A stretch of DNA of 64,000 bases from Vicugna vicugna (lineage: Eukaryota). The position numbers and the translations under genes are program-made. The DNA lies in the NCBI GenBank assembly GCA_013265495.1, contig MU058844.1, positions 812,941 to 876,940 on the forward strand, in the 5' to 3' direction. Under the pieces are notes generated by a model. The model was not told the origin of the DNA and did not search any database. It was given only the letters and a program-made list of their open reading frames with translations. Below are positions 52,014 through 64,000 of the stretch, one piece after another. How positions within the stretch are numbered: the stretch's first letter is position 1; each line of letters begins with the position of its first letter.

Positions 52014-52615
52014 GTCTCTGCAAATTTGGTTTACTGGCTGTCTTTTGTTCTGCTCTTTTGAGACAACATACCATTGTTATCATTCTTTTTTGATCTGTTT
52101 AATGTATTCCTCTTCCTCTATATGTGTGATGATATCTACATCTATGACTTCCTCCTAAACTACATTTCCAACCTAGAATTATCTCCCAAGTTGTCTACTA
52201 GGTATCTTTTGATGTTCCAAAGGAACATCTCACTGTTGACATTTTGAAAACAGAGTTCATTATATTTCCTTCTAAACACTGATAGGGAAATTACTCTCAC
52301 AAATTTGTTGAAGTGGCACTTTTTAAAAGATTAATTGGAATAACTAAGTTCACCCAATTAGAAACTGAATTGGATTATCTTCCTTGCAATTTGATTCAGT
52401 TTAATATGAGCCATTCAAGTATATTGTTATTAATTCCTCTCTTCATCATTTTAGTTTATTAATCTTCCAACTCCATGTATAAAGAGTAGGGAAAACTTAA
52501 AACACACCCAGAATTGTCCATATGCATGTAAAGACTAAGTCTTCTCCAGTTGGCTTGTGGTCTCTACAAATAGATATGTTCATAGGGCCACTTGGGAGAG
52601 AGGGAGGGATGGGGA

Positions 52616-52623
52616 CGCACGCG

Positions 52624-52657
<34 letters not shown>

Positions 52658-52658
52658 A
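52616..52658. repeat. Compound (CG)n(CA)n microsatellite
   Basis: cgcacgcgcgcgcgcgcacacac...; continuous purine-pyrimidine alternation. Confidence 0.92.
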
Positions 52659-53945
52659 TAGAGAAATAAAAATTAGTGAAAGTGTCAGATAAAGATAAAT
52701 TGTAAGAGTCAACAAAAGACACAGGAATCTATTATCTAATTTTACTTCTGTATTCAGAGATTAAAGACTTTACCTCAGAGTTTGTCTCCATCATGAAGTG
52801 CTTTTAGGTAGAAATGATCACTGTCTTTATAACTCTGCTTTTATTTCTGTCATAGAACTGATGATAGTCTGTTGCTTTTACTTGTTTACATGTTTACTTC
52901 CCCCGTTAAACTGAACAGCTTGAGAGTCTGGAGTAGACAAATTCTGTGGAACAATGAGTTAATTCTTTACTTATGAATGAGTACAAAAAATAGAGGACTC
53001 ATTTCTCCATCTTTTACATTTTTCTTTGTTGGCAGTTTCCTTCCTTTCCTATCATTAACCATGTTTCACAGATGAAGCTGATTCTGTCCCTTTACTCTCT
53101 ACCCCCACCCCTATCCTAGAGAATAATTCTCCCACCAGTATTGTCCTGTTATCTTTTACCTTTCTCATATGCTCGTGCTGGAGTGGACTTGGTCTTCCCC
53201 ATCATTAGAACTGATCCTGTTCTCCTATTCCTTTTGTACTGGAATGAATTCATTTGAGTATTTTCAGTCTACTCAGTTCAGTTATTGTGTCTTCTACCAT
53301 GGCAGCATTGCAGTGGCATGGAGCAAGGAGGGTCTCTTTATCTGCTGTTTACAATCCAACAGGGGAAGATACATGTTTCTTATACCCCAAATAATAATCC
53401 CAAATGTGTTTTCTCATGGAATCTCTCCTGCAATAGGACTTCGGGTGGTCTCTCACTATTCTGTATCAGACTGACTCTTAGATGAAGGGAACAAAATGTG
53501 AAGTTTTGCCAGGAAATAGCATTTCAGACTCAAAGAACAGAAAGAAGCCAGTAATGCTGGAGCTAGATGAGTGAGGGGGAGAGTGGTAAGACAGGGACTA
53601 GATTGTTCAGATTTTATAGTCCTTATTAGTGAGTTTAGATTTTATACTAACTGCAATAGGAAGCCATTGATACTTATTGCTGGTAAATTAATGATATTTT
53701 GTTTCTGGCTCAGGCATTTGACAGTTTTATCATTTCCATGATAAAATATTTTTCCATTTATAAATAACATACTCTAGGAATACAATTATTCTCATAAGGG
53801 ATTTATATGTATATTCCACTATACATAAAATGTACAGTAGTTTTTTTAAGAATTGAGAAAACTAGAATACTAATATACAATCACTAGCCATGACTTGTTG
53901 AAGAACATTAACTATTAATTCCTGTTTTTCCCAATGTATGTTTAG

Positions 53946-54000
53946 AGATGACATAACACTACTTAGACAAGAGGTCCAAGACCTACAAGCTTCACTTAAG
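53946..54000 (+). CDS. EEA1: EEA1 exon 4 (DDITLLRQEVQDLQASLK)
   Basis: tttag|A acceptor; 55 nt; AAG|gtaaga donor; phase 2/0. Confidence 0.96.
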
Positions 54001-54094
54001 GTAAGAATAAAAATGATTTTACATGTTTATTTTCAATGTTTCAGATAAAAAAGTCTTAAAATTTACTAATTAAAAGGCATTTTTTTTCCTTTAG

Positions 54095-54160
54095 GAAGAA
54101 AAATGGTACTCAGAAGAATTAAAGAAAGAATTAGAAAAGTTTCAAGGGCTACAGCAGCAA
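54095..54160 (+). CDS. EEA1: EEA1 exon 5 (EEKWYSEELKKELEKFQGLQQQ)
   Basis: Follows a 94-nt intron; cctttag|GAA; 66 nt; CAA|gtaatt. Confidence 0.96.
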
Positions 54161-56097
54161 GTAATTGCTTTTAAATACTTGAAGTGTGTTTTTAGTTGTT
54201 TATTTTCATTGTTGAAAATTAAGCATAATATTTTTTTGTAAACAGGTGGCCTGATATGAATAACTTCCTAATTTGTTTCTATGTGTTTAATATCCTGCAT
54301 GTATATCTGTTTTAATATTAATGAATGCAAATGAATATAACCAAAATATGGGAATCTAAGATATAACTCTTTAAAGGTGTTCCACTAAGAATCATTTACC
54401 TATGTGTTTTTTTTTTTTTTATATCAGGCTACATTCTAATTTTCTGACAATATATCTAAATGGTTAAAAAGTATAAATAAGTTCAAACAACAGTGAAACT
54501 CTTCAAAGAATTTGTGACAAATTGGAAATTACTAAAATGTCTGTTAGTAGGGAAACAACTATTAACTGTGGATAGTTTATATTAGTGGAGGTCGTTTGAA
54601 AGCATGGGAAAACTCTTGTATTAATGTTAGATTTTAAAAAACTCTAAAAATTTTTATGTGTCCTTGTACACACACAGACATATGCTATACAACTTTACAT
54701 AAAAAACATACATGAGGAAAAGAAAAGTCACTGTGGTATCAGAAGTGGTTATTTTTAGTGATTTTGTTTGATATCCTAGATTCTATATATATATATAGAT
54801 AGATATGTATATTTTTTTCATAGTCTTTATAGTTTAATATATTTTCTAAGGAAATGTCTTAATCCAATTACGAGTTTTACACTAAAATTATCTTGACTTT
54901 TATACGAAAATTACATAAAGAATCCTAGAATAATTTTACCTAATGCATATATAGTTTTCATTTATAAGAATAAAGTGGATACCCTTTAACAGTAACTTTA
55001 ATATTTTTATAAAGGAATTAATAATCCTTTTGCACATTATCTTAGCACACTGTGACTCTTAGTCTTTTTGCCTTTTTTATCTTTTCATCGAAAATTGTCA
55101 TTTGGACTAGAGAAGAAAAACAAATAAATGGATAAGAAGATTTCAGTCTTATTACTATTCAGCTTCTGTAATTGAGGTTACATTAAAGAGGTTTTTAGTA
55201 ATCTAAAATACTTATAGTTTACTTACTCATGTTTTATGTAGATGTTATCAGCAATCAGAAATGGGCTATATTGTTTTCTGTACCTGAAAACACAGAGGAA
55301 ATTCTTTTCACATTTGAGATAACTGTTTTACATTTAATACATTAAATACATCTTCCACAGTGCAATTGCCTTAATAAGAAATTTACCATTGGGGAAAGTG
55401 TATTTTAAATATTGATGATTATTAATAGTCAATATGCTTAAATCAATGTGTAGGAAAATAAAAAGTCAGATACACTGTGAGAAGCCTTATTAAACTCTTT
55501 TAGATATATATAATTTTTAGAATATGGAAATAATGACCAGGTGGTATATTATTTTATTCCTAATGCATGTGGTAAATTAAATCTTATGAAATATATTCTT
55601 TATTTCTGCTTCTTTTAAAGACAGTTTATGATCCTGAATTAAAAATTTATGTTTTTAAAGCCATTTTTTAGTAGTGATTGCTTCATGTCCTATTTTAGCT
55701 TACGAAAATTTTCAAATATTATAGGACTGAATCTTACCTGCTAACTTAAGTATTTGCTTTAGAATCTATATTTATAATTGTAATAATTTATATTATTTAT
55801 TTGGTACTGGATTTATGGAATTTAAGATGCCATCTATTGCAAGACCTAAAAATCTAATAATATGTTAACATACAAAAAGCCTTAGAGGAACTGAGCTGTA
55901 TTTAGATCATTATGCCAGTCTGCTTAGTGTTACCTTAGTGATCTTGAAGAATGTAAGCAGGCCAAAATTTAATTGTCATCAAAATCTTGCTACTTACCTG
56001 ACAGATTGTGGCTTTCAGAAATTTTTTTTTTTCACATTGGCAATTGTAACAGTATTGTCTTTTCCTTTTAATGCATTTGTCTTTTGTTTTCATCGAG

Positions 56098-56137
56098 GAG
56101 TCTAAACCTGATGGATTAGTAGCTGATTCACCAGCAG
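56098..56137 (+). CDS. EEA1: EEA1 exon 6 (ESKPDGLVADSPA-E)
   Basis: Long pyrimidine tract then atcgag|GAG (alternative start 56101); 40 nt; CAG|gtaact; phase 0/1. Confidence 0.93.
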
Positions 56138-57046
56138 GTAACTTTACTTGAAGCTATTGTTTTGTCCATTTTTATTTTTCGTCTTTCTCATTCTTTTTTA
56201 TTTCTTTTTCTCTGATGCCTGCTACATGAATTTTGTTTTGTGGATACTTTATGGCTCTAAAACAGTGAAGATTAACAGTCATATTCTAGGCTGAGCAGCA
56301 TGTTTGTTGCCTGTGAACTTCATAATTTAATCAGTTAACAAAAATCTTAGTGTCTCCTTAGAGATCATTATATTCTGAAGTTATAAACAAACTTCTGGAA
56401 TATTACATTAATATGGTGGTTTAGTGAAAATTTAAATCTATATTAAAGAGCAATGCACTCTTTTTCTCTTGAAATGAAGGAAAGATGAAACTAGCATCTT
56501 TGTAATGGACTTTAACTGGAGAAATGCTCAATGAATTAATCAAAATTATATTTTGAGGTTAGCTGTTGTATTTAATGTCCCTCTGAGATCTCTTTTCTTT
56601 GTTAGAACGAAATATTAGAAGTTTACTGCCTATTTTAGTTGATTATTTTACATAAGGCCTTGATTGTTCTTAAAACATTTCTAATTACATTTCATATTAT
56701 AGTACATTTTATCAGAGGAGAGAATGTATTCCTTTTTGGTCAGTTGACAGATTGAGGACAATAACTGAAATATGAAATCAAAATAATCTTTAAACAAATA
56801 TTTATGTTATTTGGGTGTGATGCTGAATATTCCTTTCATTTGTTTTATATGTTTTGTAAATTATGACTTTGACCTTAAATGAAACGTATGCTTAATTCTT
56901 GAAATATGAAGATACTCTGCTTGTAATTGGATAGTAGACTCCAATGTTGATTGTCTTTAATTACTACAATGATTAAAATATAAGTAATAACAATTTAGGA
57001 AATGTAATTAATATTGTGTTTGAATAGCTACTGTACTTTTTTGTAG

Positions 57047-57160
57047 AACTACAGTCTTTGGAACGACAATTAGAAGAAGCTCAAACAGAAAATTTTAATA
57101 TTAAGCAAATGAAAGACTTATTTGAACAGAAAGCAGCCCAACTTGCCACTGAAATTGCAG
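57047..57160 (+). CDS. EEA1: EEA1 exon 7 (LQSLERQLEEAQTENFNIKQMKDLFEQKAAQLATEIA)
   Basis: ttttgtag|AA; 114 nt; CAG|gtaaaa; phase 1/1; coiled-coil composition. Confidence 0.97.
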
Positions 57161-57558
57161 GTAAAATGAATCAATTTTTTTTAGCCTATGAATCAGTCTC
57201 ATTACCTTTTTGCCATTGTATGTTTGAGAAATAAACATCGTATTTTAGTGTGATAAAGCATTTGTTAGACTTAATATGGTGATGATTAGTGGAATTTAAT
57301 GGTAAGAGAGTTGCTATAATGATAAGAGTGCTCTATAAATTATTTCATTTGTCCTCTCATCTCCGCCCTTCAAAACTCACTTTACAGAAGATGAATTTTC
57401 TTTTGGGGTATGCTTAAAGATTAACAAGTAACATTTTGAAGAATTTAAATAATACAGAGAGTATTTGTTTATGCTATCAATTACATATGATTTTTTCAAC
57501 TACATGCTTTTGGGTAAAATATTATGTATGATTAAGTATACGTTAAAATGCTAATTAG

Positions 57559-57636
57559 ATGACTGAAAAATTGTGCTGAAAACTGGAATTTGACACAACA
57601 CTGTAAAATGATTATGAATCAATAAAAAATGTAAAA
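57559..57636 (+). mobile_element. Very short (about 78 bp) L1 3' terminus with 14-bp TSD
   Basis: Reverse-complement match to about 10000-10075; AATAAA + A-tail; TSD aaaatgctaattag at 57545-57558 and 57637-57650. Confidence 0.88.
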
Positions 57637-57892
57637 AAAATGCTAATTAGTAATTTAGTGTTGTGTGGAATTTATGTAGACAAAGACATTTGATCATTTT
57701 AAATTTATCATTTAATGTAATTAGAAGCACAATTTTATTGTATATATTTATAGTTATCTAAGGAATGTGAATTTGAATTAGAGTGAGATATATATAGATA
57801 TAGATATGTATTGGAATATAATTTATAAAACTGTTCTTCTCTAAAGTTAATATCATGAAACTAATATTTATATAACTATCCTAATTAATTAG

Positions 57893-58014
57893 ATATAAAG
57901 TCAAAATATGATGAAGAAAAGAGTCTTCGAGAAGCTGCTGAACAAAAAGTGACACATCTGACAGAACAATTAAATAAAGAGGCGACTGTAATTCAAGATC
58001 TGAAGACTGAACTG
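57893..58014 (+). CDS. EEA1: EEA1 exon 8 (DIKSKYDEEKSLREAAEQKVTHLTEQLNKEATVIQDLKTEL)
   Basis: aattag|AT acceptor (AT-rich, weak pyrimidine tract); 122 nt; CTG|gtaatt; phase 1/0. Confidence 0.96.
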
Positions 58015-58923
58015 GTAATTTAGAAACCATTATTAGACTATAAACCTTATTTGAAATTGAAAAATAAAATATGTACTCTGATGAAACTTTTTAGAAATAT
58101 AGCTTGAGTAAAATGGAGGAAATAAATTCTCCATAGTTTTACCACCTACATATATGATTTTTAAAGTAAAAATTGAAGGTTACAATACATAATTTATGAT
58201 GTTAACATTCTTATTGTTTCTGTCTTAATATTATCTGTCTTACTTAGTAGTTTTCATATCTGCATCTCTGATCTTACCATCCTTTGAACTTTGTTTTATA
58301 AATCCACCTACTTTTAGGATACTTCTGATTGCATTTCTAGCTTCGATTTCAGATTGGACAAGTGTAACATCAAGTCATCATATTTCCTCCATAACTATAT
58401 TTCTGTCACTGGTACTATCCATTTTCAGCACTCTCCCCAGGCTTAACAACCTGGGATCTGTTCTTGCCTCCTTTCTGTCCTTTATTTAGTACTTAATAGA
58501 TGTATGAATAAATGAATCAACTATATTGAACCTGCAGCAGACTCTAATTATGCTTATATTTGCTCCTCCTTCATTTTATTACCAGTTTCCTAGGATAGAA
58601 AATGAAGGAATTTAGCATTTATCAAGTGATTGTTATTACCAGTGAGTGTACTTTGCGAAGGAAAGGGAAGCAATTAAAGCACTGAGGACAACTGTGAATT
58701 TGCTAGTTTGCACGTTGAGTGGGTAATACTATTAAATATGAGACAGAACGGGAAAAGGAGAGGACTGTTGAGGGGAAGACATTAGTGTTTGATGTTCGGA
58801 ATTTAATAATTGACATTAAAGATTATTTTTATTTTGATTTCTTTGTAGTAAAATTATTTTAAAAATATGTTATTTTAGTTTCACTGTAATTTTTAATTGA
58901 AATGGAAATGTGTTGCTTCATAG

Positions 58924-59079
58924 CTTCAGAGACCTGGTATAGAAGATGTTGCCGTGCTAAAGAAAGAACTGGTCCAAGTTCAAACGCTAATGGATAACAT
59001 GACCTTGGAACGTGAGAAAGAATCTGAAAAACTCAAAGATGAATGCAAAAAGTTGCAAACAGAGTATGCTAACTCAGAG
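58924..59079 (+). CDS. EEA1: EEA1 exon 9 (LQRPGIEDVAVLKKELVQVQTLMDNMTLEREKESEKLKDECKKLQTEYANSE)
   Basis: ttcatag|CTT; 156 nt; GAG|gtaatg; phase 0/0. Confidence 0.97.
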
Positions 59080-60855
59080 GTAATGAAGTTCACTGCACTT
59101 AAATGAGATTATTGTTAACTTGTTCAGTGTATACTGTTGAGTAAAGCCAGGATTTGAGATTTTTCTCTGAAGACCTATCAAACAGTATTTGCCTTTCTTT
59201 CATTTGGTCTGAGTAATATTTGTATATAGTCAGTATGGTTTGATAGTATTTTTGATTTTTGTTTTATGAAGCTAGAAACTTAGAGACGAATGTTTGCACT
59301 AAAGAGTATTATTCTGTTTAACAAATGGTATATTGTGGAGAAATGATATTTAAAGTTAAATTTGCTCCAGGCTAGTTAATAAGTTTTAATTGAATTTATC
59401 TAAATTCGGTTTGGGTAAAGGAAGTGTGATTTAATTTTCTTCAATTGTATTACCAATATTTAGAAAAAAATATTCAAGAAAAGCTTATTTTCTAGTAGAC
59501 TTCTTTTTTTTAATCAATTATTGAATTATGTGGTTGAAAGAAGTCTTAAAAATCATCTAGTCTAACACTGCATCCAAGAATCCCCTTTATAGCATCTCTG
59601 ATAGGTGATCTACAACTCTTGCTGGGTGATATATTTCTTCATAAGTCAACCATTCCATTGAGTTGACATTTGTTTCCCTATAATTTGCATGCACAGGTTT
59701 CAGTTTTCAGGAATTACACAGAATAAATTGTTCTTCTTTTCCACATGAAATATTTGAAGACTATTCATATTTACTCTGAGTTTTCTCTCTTCCAAGATAA
59801 ACATTCTCAGTTTCTTCTGTTGCTCACATGACTTTGGCCTGTAAATCCCTTATGTAATTATGTCAGTATATGACAAGCTCTGGGATATGTAGTAAATATT
59901 TCTCTTAAAAATGCTAACCTTTGTTCTTTTTTTACTGTATTATAGGAGGTATTTTATTATAACTACTACTGTGTGCAGTTCTTAAGCTCCCTTATGTGAT
60001 GTGGATGTCTGTTTTTCATGTTTTCAGTTTAAAAAGTTAAGCTGTAATATTTTAATTTGCATCTCTTAGAGTTTTTCAGCTTGTGATCTAAAAGCCACTC
60101 TATTCATAATTGGTAACATATTAATAAGCCAATGAAGTATAAATATTATAGATAACGTATGTCACTCTTCAGTTTACTTCCTCCTATATCTTATCAATGG
60201 GGGAATGGTAAAAGTTTATGGTATAACACATATAGGCATGTGAGAATTTATGATGCTTAACACTTCAGACTTCATGAACTTCAGGTGTAGATTTCCCAAA
60301 AGTGATCTTTGTAGCCCAGTGACATTTAATCTCACAACTTTTCAAACAATTTCAGGGAGTTCATGAATTTATCAAAGCCAGATGAAAGCTCCCAATGTAT
60401 AATTAAGGAGAGTCTGAATCAAAGAATCTCATGAGGAAAAGCCTGATTGAAACAATGCTAAAGTAGAAATACTTGAACCTAGGTGAATCTAGTCATTTAT
60501 TTCTGTGGTTCAATAACAATTACTTTTAATTAAATCTGCCTGATTACTAGTATTTCTCAAATACTAGTAAAAAAAAGTTACACTCTTTTGATTAAAAAAT
60601 TCCTTTAATGTTATTTGAAATTTCAAAATAAGTGTAATAGGGTGACTAAAATTGAATCACAGTAATGGTAGTTTTAGAATGCATCTATTTTAATGTGCAA
60701 TCCTCTTTGACCTTTTCCAACTGAGAATTATGGAGTTATACATATACATCTTATATAAGTAGAATTTGACCAAAGAGAATAAACTTACATATTTTGGGAA
60801 AAATATATGTGGGAAAATATATCTAAGTAATATTTTACTTAAGAATTACTCTATA

Positions 60856-60969
60856 GGGGATGGTGTAGTTCAGTGATAGAGTGCGTGCTTAGCATGCCTA
60901 AGATCCTGGGTTCAATCCTTAGGCCCTCCATTTAAATAAAAAATAAACCTAATTATCCCCCCCCAAAAA
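60856..60969 (+). mobile_element. tRNA-Ala-derived SINE (camelid Vic-1-like) with 13-bp TSD
   Basis: ggtgtagttcagtgatagagtgcgtgcttagcatg...gggttcaatcc; tail taaacctaattatcccccccc; TSD aagaattactcta at 60841-60853 and 60970-60982. Confidence 0.9.
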
Positions 60970-61167
60970 AAGAATTACTCTAAATTTAATATGGAGGATT
61001 TTTATAAATTTGTTTTTATTCATGTAGATTAAAATATGTTTATATATAATGAGAATAGGTCATTAGAGATGAGAAAGTTTTAACTAGATATAAAAGATTT
61101 GAGGTGAAAGGATTTAGTATCTTCCCACATTGTCCGCCTGTCAACATGGGTGATGAAACAATGATTT

Positions 61168-61455
61168 GTTTTAATTTAATTTTTTTCCAGTTTTTTTTTT
61201 GAAGTATAGTCAGTTTACAGTGTGGTGTCAAAGTCTGGCATGATGTTCAGTCATACACATACATACATATGCTCCTTTTCATATTTTTCATTATAGGTTA
61301 CTATAAGATACTGAATATAGTTCCCTGTGTTACACAGTATATATTTGTTTATCTATTTTATATGTAGTAGTTAGTATCTGCAAATCTCAAAATCTCAACT
61401 TATACCCCTTGGTAATCATAAGTTTGTTTTCTGTCTCTGGATCTGTGTCTGTTTG
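61168..61455 (-). mobile_element. L1 3' end with 13-bp TSD
   Basis: T-rich tail then gaagtatagtcagtttaca; TSD gaaacaatgattt at 61155-61167 and 61456-61468. Confidence 0.85.
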
Positions 61456-63479
61456 GAAACAATGATTTATTTTTTTCCTCTAGAAAAGATATTTCTGGGA
61501 AAGAAGAAAAGTGGCTTAGAAATCCATTCTTCACATTTTAATTTCTTTTAAGTTTTCCTAAAATGTATCTTTCCAAGTGTTTTGAAATAAATTTTAAAAT
61601 ACAGGGATTTGTTCTTTCTGAGTAATTGCTGATTTAATATTTCATCGTATTTTTAATAAAACAAGGATACTATTTACTCCCTGTTCAGTTAATAAGTATG
61701 TAGTGATCAAGACCTCAGATTATGCTGAAATATTTTGAATAGCTTTAGGAAATGGTAGCATGAGAGTCAGAGCAGTATATTGTTATTAGAAACAAACTCT
61801 TTTTGAGCACTTGGGTTTTGGACACTATGCTAGGCACTTTAAATATGTGGTTTCATTTGTTTCTTTTATCCCTGTAAGTTAAGTATTAAGTTTGTTTTAG
61901 CCATGTAAGTTAAGTACTAAATTTGTTTAATGTGTAGGGAATTTGTGCTCATTGAAGTTAAAGAACTCATTCAAGGCCATGTACCTAATATAAAGAAGGT
62001 AGCATTAGTTCCCAGGTTGTATACAAAACCCGTGTTCTTTTTGTATCATGTTATCTCCCATTTTAGGTGATCTGATGATTGCCTTGTAAGTAAATTTGTG
62101 CTATTAATCTTGACTTAATACTTATTATTATTACTTTTTAAATTTTGACGTATTGTATGTTACAGTTGTATTGAATATAGCTTAAAATACCTTTTTTGAG
62201 TTGTGTCTCATACCATTTCCATATGAAAAAAATTACCGTCTAAATCTTCCATCTCATTTATTTGTTTATAACTCTTTTAGCTTCTGCTTACTCTTCAAAT
62301 ATATGACATGTATTTTATTAATTTATTAAAATTCCATTCTACTTATTCTCAGTTAAACATGCTAATAAATTATAGCATTGAAGGAACTTAATAGAAAAAA
62401 TGTTTATTTTTTATATTACTGCTTTAACTGAACCTAAATATTGACATCAGAAACAAAATACATTAAAAGGAATTAAAGAAGTGAAAAATGCAGTGGTTTA
62501 TTTGATATTTCTAGTTTAGGCTGAAGATATATAATCTGGTGTACATTGTTAAATATGTTCCATTACTGTCATTGAAAATATACCTTATGCATTTGTAGAC
62601 AGTTCATTTTTTTGGTCCAGATATTTTAAAAGGCATATAGAAAAATAACTCATTTTAAAGCATTTAAAAGGGCTTTATAAGTACTTAGCTATTCTTTAGA
62701 TCAGAAATTAAGGCTATAAAGGTTAATAAAAGTATTATTTCCAAAAATCTGCATTTTTGAAAATATCAAAATGGTAATCGGCTTATTTGGTGTGGTCTTT
62801 AATGGAAATGATTCTTTAAAAATTTTATTTCTATTCCAAATATACTCATTTGAGTCCTAATTTTTAAAGCTAAAAAGTTTAAAAAGATACAAAATAAGTA
62901 ATATTACACTCATGCATAGTTATGAAAGAGCATTTGAATATCTTTTATAAGTATGCTAGTGTAAGAGATCAGAGATTAGTAGTGTGTTTGGACTTTTTAT
63001 CGTGTGTTCAGTGTGTACTTTTGTCAGTCTTCCACCTTTCATCCATCATTTTTTTTTTTCTGCTTTCTAATGGAGATGCTTAAACTTGAGGTAATGTGTT
63101 TTTGGAAGGCTTTTAATAATAGTAATACTTTTAATATAGCACCTTCTTTCATCGTATGGCAAATTTTGTGTTTCAAGGCAATATCAGAACTTCAAAGATA
63201 TACTCATTTTTGTTTTATTAACCAAGCAAACTTTTAACCATCTTTAAAATAATTATTTGCTAAGAGTAGTAGAATTTGAGGACGACAGTTATAATCCTAA
63301 AGCACTAGCAGGATGTTTGCTTGAAATATCATTCCTTAATTCTTTTGTAATTTATAGTTTTCTAGTAAAATTTGATGTTAAATTCAATAACATGGCTTCA
63401 AGGGAATGCAGGCTATTTTATAGGATCTTATATACTGTTTTCATTGGAACAAATATTTGTTAACTTCTAGGATACAGAG

Positions 63480-63900
63480 TCACTCATCCCTTTAGTGAGT
63501 ATGTTTTGAATGCCTGAGTGCCAGCAACTATTTTAGGTGTGGGGAGTACAAGAGTGAATTAAACAGAGTGCCTGCTCTCATAAAGCTTAACTTCCTTTAG
63601 CCAAATAATATGTAAGTAAACCAAATCATGATAGAAAGTCGGTTCATGCAAAGTGCTATAAAGAAAGATAAAGCAAGATACAGGCAGTAGTGGGGCTGGC
63701 AGTAATACGGGACAGTTTTAGATAGAAAGATCAAGGAAGATATCCTCAACGAGGTTACATGGGAAAAGAATGAAGTAAGCAAGAAGTATGGTGAGTAATT
63801 GGGAGCAGCATTCCCAGGAAGAGGGAATGCAAGTGTTACAGCCTCTGGGCACAGATGAGCTTCGCCTGTTAACTAGTAAGGAGTGTCAGTGTGGCTTGAA
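63480..63900. mobile_element. L2 LINE 3' fragment
   Basis: cctgctctcataaagctta and cattcccaggaagagggaa motifs. Confidence 0.6.
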
Positions 63901-64000
63901 TCTTCTTTGTTTGAATTTCACCATAGTGATAACTAAATAGTGAATATATTTATTTCCTTTGAAAATTTTCTCTTTCTTCAATCTGTATTTTTTCTTAATT

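Larger units (their letters stand above)
13783..59079 (+). other. EEA1: EEA1 gene span, coding exons 1-9 (3'-partial; continues beyond the window)
   Basis: Nine exons (24+93+125+55+66+40+114+122+156 = 795 nt) with GT-AG boundaries and matching phases translate to MLRRILQRTPGRVGSQGSDLDSS...GFICPQCMKSLGSADELFKHYEAVHD...ECKKLQTEYANSE, which I recognise as the EEA1 N-terminus. Confidence 0.98.

Noticed and set aside
45777..54000. Exons 3a and 3 as a mutually exclusive pair
   Set aside because: Phases differ (3a is 0/0, exon 3 is 0/2) and no phase-2 GT lies at the equivalent position. Splicing 3a directly to exon 4 reads ACT|AGA TGA, an immediate stop.
60856..60930. tRNA-Ala(AGC) gene
   Set aside because: Stems and boxes are degenerate, and it carries a SINE tail and TSD, so it is a tRNA-derived SINE.
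63960..64000. Next EEA1 exon
   Set aside because: A pyrimidine-rich tract suggests an acceptor just past the edge, but no AG or coding sequence lies inside the window.

Overview
Mammalian genomic DNA, most likely a camelid (Camelus, Vicugna or Lama), judged from tRNA-Ala-derived SINEs with the camelid-type 'taaacctaatta..ccccc' tail. Bases 1-13 kb are repeat-dense intergenic DNA (ERV1, ERVL and MaLR LTRs, L1, L2). A CpG-island promoter at about 13.2-14.4 kb drives EEA1 (early endosome antigen 1) on the + strand. Nine coding exons join through GT-AG sites into a continuous 795-nt, 265-aa N-terminal frame: ATG 13783 to 59079, covering the Rab5-binding C2H2 finger and the start of the coiled coil. 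The gene continues past the window. The top observation is a diverged, apparently selected duplicate of the zinc-finger exon in intron 2 (45777-45902; 126 nt, phase 0/0). Its inclusion would give an EEA1 with tandem C2H2 fingers. Other observations: a 57-bp templated insertion beside the exon 3 donor, a GAG/GAG tandem acceptor, and several non-canonical L1 insertion structures. Repeat family names come from recalled consensus sequences and their boundaries are approximate unless a TSD is given.
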